Source: an uncultured Pseudomonadota bacterium
Lineage (GTDB): Bacteria; Pseudomonadota; Alphaproteobacteria; JACZXZ01
Reading direction: 5' to 3'
NCBI GenBank assembly: GCA_963749075.1
Contig: CAVVLJ010000020.1
Location: 192,001 to 256,000 of the forward strand
DNA: 64,000 nt
Made by a program: the position numbers and the translations under genes. The number at the start of each line of letters is the position of its first letter. The first letter of the stretch is position 1. Below the pieces are notes generated by a model. The model worked only from the letters and a program-made list of their open reading frames with translations, had not been told where the DNA came from and did no database searches. This document shows positions 58,130-64,000 of this stretch, piece by piece.

Positions 58130-58687
58130 ATGAGCGAAGAGGGCGTCCATGTGCCGCACGCCGGCCATGGCCATGAGGCGGAAGGCTCGCTCGGGCGCTG
58201 GATCGCGATCTTCACGGCGGTCGTCGCCACGCTTGGAGCGCTGATCGGCCATGAGGCCGAGGACACCGCGAAGAACGCCATCCTGCTCAAGAACGAGGCG
58301 GTGCTCAAGAAGACCGACGCCGCCGACCAATGGTCCTATTACCAGGCGGTCAGCACCAAGTCGCACTTGACCGAGCTGGCGCTGGCGCTGGTTCCTGCCG
58401 ACAAGCAGGCCGGCCTCGCCGACAGGATCGCCAAGTACGAGAAGCAGAAGGAGGAGATCAAGGCCAAGGCCGACACGCTCGAGGACGCCTCGGCCAGGGC
58501 GAACGACGCGAGCGCTGCCCTGGGCGGCCCGCGCGAGAAATACATGTACGGGCTGGCGCTCCTCCAGATCGCGATCAGCGTCGGCTCGGTCACCGTGCTC
58601 ACCGGCCAGCGCTGGCTCTTCGCCGTGGCACTCGCCGGCAGCGTCTTCGGCCTGATCTCCGCGGGCCTCGCCTATTTCTCCCTCTGA
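58130..58687 (+). CDS. DUF4337-like membrane protein
   Basis: AADQWSYYQAVSTK motif, flanking TM segments. Confidence 0.8.
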   Translation: MSEEGVHVPHAGHGHEAEGSLGRWIAIFTAVVATLGALIGHEAEDTAKNAILLKNEAVLKKTDAADQWSYYQAVSTKSHLTELALALVPADKQAGLADRIAKYEKQKEEIKAKADTLEDASARANDASAALGGPREKYMYGLALLQIAISVGSVTVLTGQRWLFAVALAGSVFGLISAGLAYFSL

Positions 58688-58701
58688 GGGGGCAGCACCC
58701 C

Positions 58702-59286
58702 GTGTCCGAGCTCGGCCATATCCTCTACGACTGGTTCGGCCTCAACCGCGCACTCTTCCGGCTCGTCAACGGCATGCACGGTGCCCTCTGGGACCACGCG
58801 ATGCTGGCCGTGAGCACCGCCGCGGAGAGCGGCCATTTCGCGCTCTACATGGCGGCGATCCTGCTCCTCGCGCGCATCACGCCGCGTCTGGTTTCGCTGC
58901 AGAACGCCTTCGTTTTCGGCATCGGTTTCCCGGTTATGGAGCTCGCCGTGACGGCGATCAAGGCGGCGACAGCCATGCCGCGTCCGTCCTTGGCCCTCGG
59001 CGAGGCGTCGGTCACGCTGCTCGACCGCGGCGCCGAGGGGGCGGCCTTCCCCTCCGGCCACGTGGCCTTCGCGGCATTGCTTGCGGCTTCGCTCGGCAGA
59101 GGGGCGCCGCGGCCGCTCTCGTGGGCGCTCTGGGCTTTCGTCGCCGCGGTGGCGCTCTCGCGCGTCTCGCTCGGCGCCCATTTTCCTGCCGACGCCGTGG
59201 GCGGAGTCCTGGCCGGAGGCGGGGTCGCGCTTGTTATCCGCGCCTTTCTCATGTATTGGGGAGGCGGGGCGCGGCGGTCCGGCTAG
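58702..59286 (+). CDS. PAP2-family phosphatase
   Basis: K..RP, FPSGH, SRVSLGAHFPAD. Confidence 0.9.
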   Translation: MSELGHILYDWFGLNRALFRLVNGMHGALWDHAMLAVSTAAESGHFALYMAAILLLARITPRLVSLQNAFVFGIGFPVMELAVTAIKAATAMPRPSLALGEASVTLLDRGAEGAAFPSGHVAFAALLAASLGRGAPRPLSWALWAFVAAVALSRVSLGAHFPADAVGGVLAGGGVALVIRAFLMYWGGGARRSG

Positions 59287-59469
59287 ACCGAGAGAGCGGT
59301 GCTGCGCGCGGCGCCAGCCCCGCGCCGGATCTGCCAACCAGCGCAGGACGTTAAGGTACGGTCAAGCGATCGTGATCGGGACGCCGGAAGGTTCCCGATG
59401 CCGCGCGCGTATCGCTTGGCATATGGTTTGCGTCCCATTGCGGGGCGGAGGCATTGTAGGCAGCGTCGG

Positions 59470-60603
59470 ATGCGGGTTCGCCGGAGTCATGTTTTTGCCG
59501 CGATGGCGGTCCTCTTGGCCGCCGGCGGCTATTATTACTTCAGCGTCTATCTGCCCCGGGCGAAGCACGCTCAGGCGGCAAGCGCCGCGACGCTCGTAGC
59601 CCCGGTCACGGTGGCGCCGGTGACCGAACAGGCGGTGCCGGTGCAGTACAACACCATCGGCACCGTCCAGCAGTTCACCACCGTCTCGGTCAAGTCGCTC
59701 GTCGACGGGCAGATCTTCAAAGCCGGGTTCCTGGAGGGGCAGTACGTCCACCGCGGCGACCTCCTGTTCCAGATCGATCCGCGCCCCTTCCAGGCGGCCC
59801 TGCAGCAGGCGCAGGCCAACCTCGAGCGCGACAAGGCCCAGTCCGTGCGCGCCGATCTCGACCTCAAGCGCTACGACGAGCTCGCCAAGAAGGACTGGGC
59901 GTCGCGCCAGCAGTACGAGCAGGCGCGGGCCACCGCCGACAGCGCGCACGCCAGCGTGCTCGCCGATCAGGCCGCCATCGACCAGGCCAAGCTCAACATC
60001 GAGTACAGCCAGATCCGCTCGCCCATCGACGGCCGCACCGGCAACATGCTGATCAACGTGGGCAATCTGGTAAAGGCCAACGACACCGTGGCGCTGGTCA
60101 TGATCAACCAGACGCGGCCGATCTACGTCTCCTTCGCGATCTCGCAGCAGAACCTGCCCGAAGTGAGGGCGCGGATGGCAAGCGAGGCGCTCTACGTGAC
60201 GGTCGTCATTCCCGGCGATTCCGGCGGGCCCGAGCGCGGCAAGGTCACCTTCATCAACAACCAGGTCGATACCTCGACCGGCACCATTCAGCTCAAGGCG
60301 ACCTTCCCGAACGAGAACGACCGCCTCGTGCCGGGACAATTCGTCAACGTGGCGATGACGCTGGCGACCCTGACCAACGCGCTCGTGGTGCCTTCCCAGG
60401 CGGTGCAGACCGGGCAGAAGGGGACCTACGTCTACGTGCTCAAGCCCGACAAGACGGTCGAAGAGCGTGCCGTCGAGCTCGGCCCGCAGCTCGAGGCGAC
60501 CGCGGTCGTCACCAAGGGGCTGCAGGCGGGCGAGGAGGTCGTGACCGACGGCCAGCTCCGGCTCTTCCCCGGCGCCAAGGTCGAGGTGAGGAAAGCGGGC
60601 TGA
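59470..60603 (+). CDS. RND periplasmic adaptor (MdtA-like)
   Basis: GDLLFQIDPRPF, IRSPIDG, VDTSTGTI. Confidence 0.93.
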   Translation: MRVRRSHVFAAMAVLLAAGGYYYFSVYLPRAKHAQAASAATLVAPVTVAPVTEQAVPVQYNTIGTVQQFTTVSVKSLVDGQIFKAGFLEGQYVHRGDLLFQIDPRPFQAALQQAQANLERDKAQSVRADLDLKRYDELAKKDWASRQQYEQARATADSAHASVLADQAAIDQAKLNIEYSQIRSPIDGRTGNMLINVGNLVKANDTVALVMINQTRPIYVSFAISQQNLPEVRARMASEALYVTVVIPGDSGGPERGKVTFINNQVDTSTGTIQLKATFPNENDRLVPGQFVNVAMTLATLTNALVVPSQAVQTGQKGTYVYVLKPDKTVEERAVELGPQLEATAVVTKGLQAGEEVVTDGQLRLFPGAKVEVRKAG

Positions 60604-60619
60604 TGCGGCGAACGTTGCC

Positions 60620-63600
60620 ATGAACCTCCCGGAAACCTGCATCCGAAAGCCCATCGCCACCACGCTCCTCATGGCGGGAGCCGTGGTCTTCGGCCTGGTC
60701 GCCTATCGCGCGCTGCCGGTCAACGAGCTGCCGACCGTCGACTTTCCCACCATCGCCGTGCTGGCCCAGCTGCCCGGCGGCAGCGCCGAAACGATGGCCT
60801 CCTCGGTGGCGACGCCCCTCGAGAGTCAATTCGCCACCATCGCCGGCCTCGATTCGATGAGCTCGACGAGCGCCCTCGGCCAGACCAAGGTCACGCTGCA
60901 GTTCTCGCTCGAGCGCAACATCGACGCCGCCGCCCAGGACGTGCAGGCCGCCATTACCGCGGCGGCGAAGCTGCTGCCGACCGACATGCCGAGCCCGCCC
61001 ACCTTCCGCAAGGTGAACCCGGCGGACTTCGCCATCCTCTACCTTGCCATGAGCTCGACCACGCTGCCGCTCTCGGAGGTCGACAAATACGCCGAGACCA
61101 TCCTCGCCCAGCGCCTCTCCCAGGTCAGCGGCGTGGCTCAGGTCAACGTCTTCGGCTCGCAGAAATACGCCGTGCGCGTCCAGGTCGACCCCGACGCGCT
61201 GGCCAGCCGCAACATCGGCCTCGACGAGGTGCTCAAGGCGGTCGAGAGCGCCAACGTCGACGAGCCCGTCGGCACCATCGACGGCAAGCACCAGTCGCTC
61301 ACCATCCAGGCCAACGGCCAGCTCGTGAACGCCGCGGCCTTCATGGATCAGATCGCGATCTACCGCAACGGCGCGCCGATCCGCTACAAGGATCTGGGGC
61401 GCGTGATCGACAGCGTCGTGAACGACAAGATCGCGAGCTGGTACAACGGCAACCGCGCCATGGTCCTCGCCATCTACCGCCAGCCGGGCACCAATACGAT
61501 CGCCGTCGTGAACTCCATCATGGCGGTGCTGCCGTCCTTCGAGGCGCATCTGCCGGCCTCCGTCCACCTCAACGTCCTCTACGACCGCTCGCAGTCGATC
61601 CGCGCCTCGGTGGACGACGTGCAGTTCACGCTCTTGCTGGCGGCGGCACTGGTCGTGCTGGTGATCTTCCTCTTCCTGCGCAACGTCTCGGCCACCATCA
61701 TCCCGTCGCTGGCGCTGCCGATCTCGGTGATCGGCACCTTCGCGGTGATGTATCTGATGGGCTATACGCTCGACAACCTCTCGCTCATGGCGCTCACACT
61801 CTCGGTCGGCTTCGTCGTCGACGACGCCATCGTCATGCTCGAGAACATCGTGCGCCACATGGAGCGCGGCCTGAAGCCGCTCGAGGCGGCGCTGGTGGGC
61901 TCGAAGGAGATCGGCTTCACCATCCTCTCGATGACGGTCTCGCTCGGCGCGGTGTTCATTCCCGTGCTCTTCATGGGCGGCATCGTGGGACGGCTCCTGC
62001 ATGAATTCGCGGTCACCATCTGCGCCGCGATCGGCGTCTCGGGCATCGTCTCCCTCACCCTCACGCCGATGATGTGCAGCCGCTTCATCCGGCCGCAAGG
62101 GCACGCCCAGCACAACCGGCTCTATCGGCTGACGGAGCGCGGCTTCGAGGCGGTGATCGGCGGCTACGGCCGCACGCTCAAATGGTGCCTCGCCCACAAG
62201 CCGCTCATGCTCCTGGTCTTCATCTGCACCCTCGCCGGCACGGTCTATCTCTTCCTCAGCATACCGAAGGACTTCCTGCCGAGCGTGGATACCGATCAGC
62301 TCATCGTCTTCACCGAGGGGCCCGACGACGCGTCGTTCGATTTCATGGTGCGCAATCAGCAGAAGGCGGCCGCGATCGTCCAGGCGGATCCGAACGTCGC
62401 CCAGCTCATGTCGTCGGTCGGCGCCGGCGGTCCGCGCCCCACCGTCAACTCGGGCACCATCTTCATCAGGCTCAAGCCGCGCGCCCGGCGCGAGCTGAGC
62501 GCCGACGAGGTGGCACTGGAGCTGCGCGGCAAGCTCGCCGGGATACCCGGCCTCAAGCTCTACATACAAAATCCCCCGAGCCTCAGGGTCGGCGGACAGC
62601 TCACCAAGGCGCAGTATCAGTATACGCTGCAGGACATCGATCTTGCCGAGCTCTATTCGAGCGCCGCCAGGTTCATGGACGCGCTCAAGCGCCAGCCCGG
62701 CTTCCTCGACGTCAACAGCGACATGCAGAACAACGGCCCGCAGCTGGTGGTCAATATCGACCGCAACAAGGCGGCGATGCTCGGCGTCACCGCCCAGCAG
62801 GTCGAGGACGCGCTGGGTGCTGCCTTCAGCTCCGAGCAGGTCTCGACCATCTATACCTCGCTCGACCAGTACGAGGTGATCCTCGAGGTGCTGGACAAGT
62901 ACCAGAGCGATCCGAGCTCGCTGTCGCGGCTCTATATCCGCTCCTCGAACGGATCGCTGGTGCCGCTCGATTCCGTGGCGACGATCGGCCGCGGCGTCGG
63001 CCCGCTCACCATCAACCATCTCGGCCAGCTGCCCTCGGTGACGGTGTCCTTCAACCTCGCACCCGACACCTCGCTCGGCACCGCCGTGCAGGCGATCCAG
63101 CGCCTCGAGCGGCAGATCAACATGCCGGCCGCGATGGTGACCAGCTTCCAGGGCACCGCGCAGGCGTTCCAGGCCTCGCTCCAGGGTCTCGGCATCCTGC
63201 TGCTGATGGCCATCGTCGTGGTCTACATCGTGCTCGGCGTGCTCTACGAGAGCTTCATTCACCCCTTCACGATCCTCTCCGGCCTGCCGTCGGCGGCGGT
63301 GGGCGCGCTCTTGAGCCTGATGTTCTTCAACGTGACCCTCAGCCTCTATGCCTTCGTCGGCATCATCATGCTGGTCGGCATCGTGAAGAAGAACGCCATC
63401 ATGATGATCGACTTCGCGCTCGAGCGGCAACGCGGCGAGGGCATGAGCCCGCCCGAGGCGATCTACCAGGCCTGCCTCATCCGTTTCCGCCCGATCATGA
63501 TGACGACCATGGCGGCTCTCATGGGCACGCTGCCCATAGCCCTCGGCGTCGGCAGCGGCTCCGAGGCGCGCCGGCCCTTGGGCATTGCCGTGGTGGGCGG

Positions 63601-63805
63601 CCTCATGCTCTCGCAGCTCCTCACCCTCTATCTGACGCCGGTCATCTACATCTATCTCGACCAGCTGCAGCACATGCGCATTTTCGGCCGCCGCCGCCGT
63701 CCGGCGGCGCGTGCAGCGCCCGAGACGGGCGAGCCCAGTGCCGAGCCTTTGCCCTTCCCCGCGCTCGACGAAGCGGCCGACGGGCCGCGCAAGGCCGCGG
63801 GCTGA
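60620..63805 (+). CDS. RND efflux permease (MdtB/MdtC-like)
   Basis: LPTVDFPT, GFVVDDAIVMLEN, GIVKKNAIMMID, RFRPIMMTT. Confidence 0.95.
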   Translation: MNLPETCIRKPIATTLLMAGAVVFGLVAYRALPVNELPTVDFPTIAVLAQLPGGSAETMASSVATPLESQFATIAGLDSMSSTSALGQTKVTLQFSLERNIDAAAQDVQAAITAAAKLLPTDMPSPPTFRKVNPADFAILYLAMSSTTLPLSEVDKYAETILAQRLSQVSGVAQVNVFGSQKYAVRVQVDPDALASRNIGLDEVLKAVESANVDEPVGTIDGKHQSLTIQANGQLVNAAAFMDQIAIYRNGAPIRYKDLGRVIDSVVNDKIASWYNGNRAMVLAIYRQPGTNTIAVVNSIMAVLPSFEAHLPASVHLNVLYDRSQSIRASVDDVQFTLLLAAALVVLVIFLFLRNVSATIIPSLALPISVIGTFAVMYLMGYTLDNLSLMALTLSVGFVVDDAIVMLENIVRHMERGLKPLEAALVGSKEIGFTILSMTVSLGAVFIPVLFMGGIVGRLLHEFAVTICAAIGVSGIVSLTLTPMMCSRFIRPQGHAQHNRLYRLTERGFEAVIGGYGRTLKWCLAHKPLMLLVFICTLAGTVYLFLSIPKDFLPSVDTDQLIVFTEGPDDASFDFMVRNQQKAAAIVQADPNVAQLMSSVGAGGPRPTVNSGTIFIRLKPRARRELSADEVALELRGKLAGIPGLKLYIQNPPSLRVGGQLTKAQYQYTLQDIDLAELYSSAARFMDALKRQPGFLDVNSDMQNNGPQLVVNIDRNKAAMLGVTAQQVEDALGAAFSSEQVSTIYTSLDQYEVILEVLDKYQSDPSSLSRLYIRSSNGSLVPLDSVATIGRGVGPLTINHLGQLPSVTVSFNLAPDTSLGTAVQAIQRLERQINMPAAMVTSFQGTAQAFQASLQGLGILLLMAIVVVYIVLGVLYESFIHPFTILSGLPSAAVGALLSLMFFNVTLSLYAFVGIIMLVGIVKKNAIMMIDFALERQRGEGMSPPEAIYQACLIRFRPIMMTTMAALMGTLPIALGVGSGSEARRPLGIAVVGGLMLSQLLTLYLTPVIYIYLDQLQHMRIFGRRRRPAARAAPETGEPSAEPLPFPALDEAADGPRKAAG

Positions 63806-64000
63806 GCCTGTTCCCTGCTTGGCGAGTTGCGCGCCGCGCGGTCGGGTGCCGCTTGGACGGTCGCGGCCGCGACAAAATACGCGCAGGCGTTTAGCAATTG
63901 CCAAGTCGCTCGGCTGCGGAACGGCGATCTTGCGGCCGGCCGCAACAATCCCCTTTATCTCGTGCCCGCATTTCCCTATATGGGCGGGTACCGGCGCTCG

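Noticed and set aside
54837-58308. 1022-aa and 904-aa ORFs
   Set aside because: Arg/Ala-rich off-frame or antisense shadows of recognisable genes
60509-63904. 1131-aa minus-strand ORF
   Set aside because: Antisense shadow of the RND permease, common in high-GC DNA

Overview
High-GC bacterial DNA, most likely alphaproteobacterial (inferred from gene content and palindromic intergenic repeats). Most of the window is transport and catabolism: several ABC importers, an inositol cluster (iolD, iolG, iolE), a ComDE-like decarboxylase, two PhyH dioxygenases, two divergent PanB paralogues, a lactate permease, an ABC-2 exporter and an RND pump. Small toxin-antitoxin modules and four REP-like repeat families are interspersed. 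The main find is an AT-richer cargo-carrying IS1-family transposon at 47494-53296, with imperfect terminal inverted repeats and an 8-bp target duplication (CGCGCGTC). It carries a RelE/HigB-like + HTH + DUF6941-like three-gene module, a candidate toxin-antitoxin-chaperone-like defence system. A complete group II intron (51389-53294) sits 2 nt inside the right inverted repeat, and its putative EBS loops are complementary to that repeat. Other notable items are the two PanB paralogues lacking canonical Mg ligands, a leaderless leader-peptide attenuator, a 17-bp triplication at the livM/livG junction, a 14-bp VNTR, and clustered indels that may be assembly errors. All functional calls come from motif recognition; no database searches were run.
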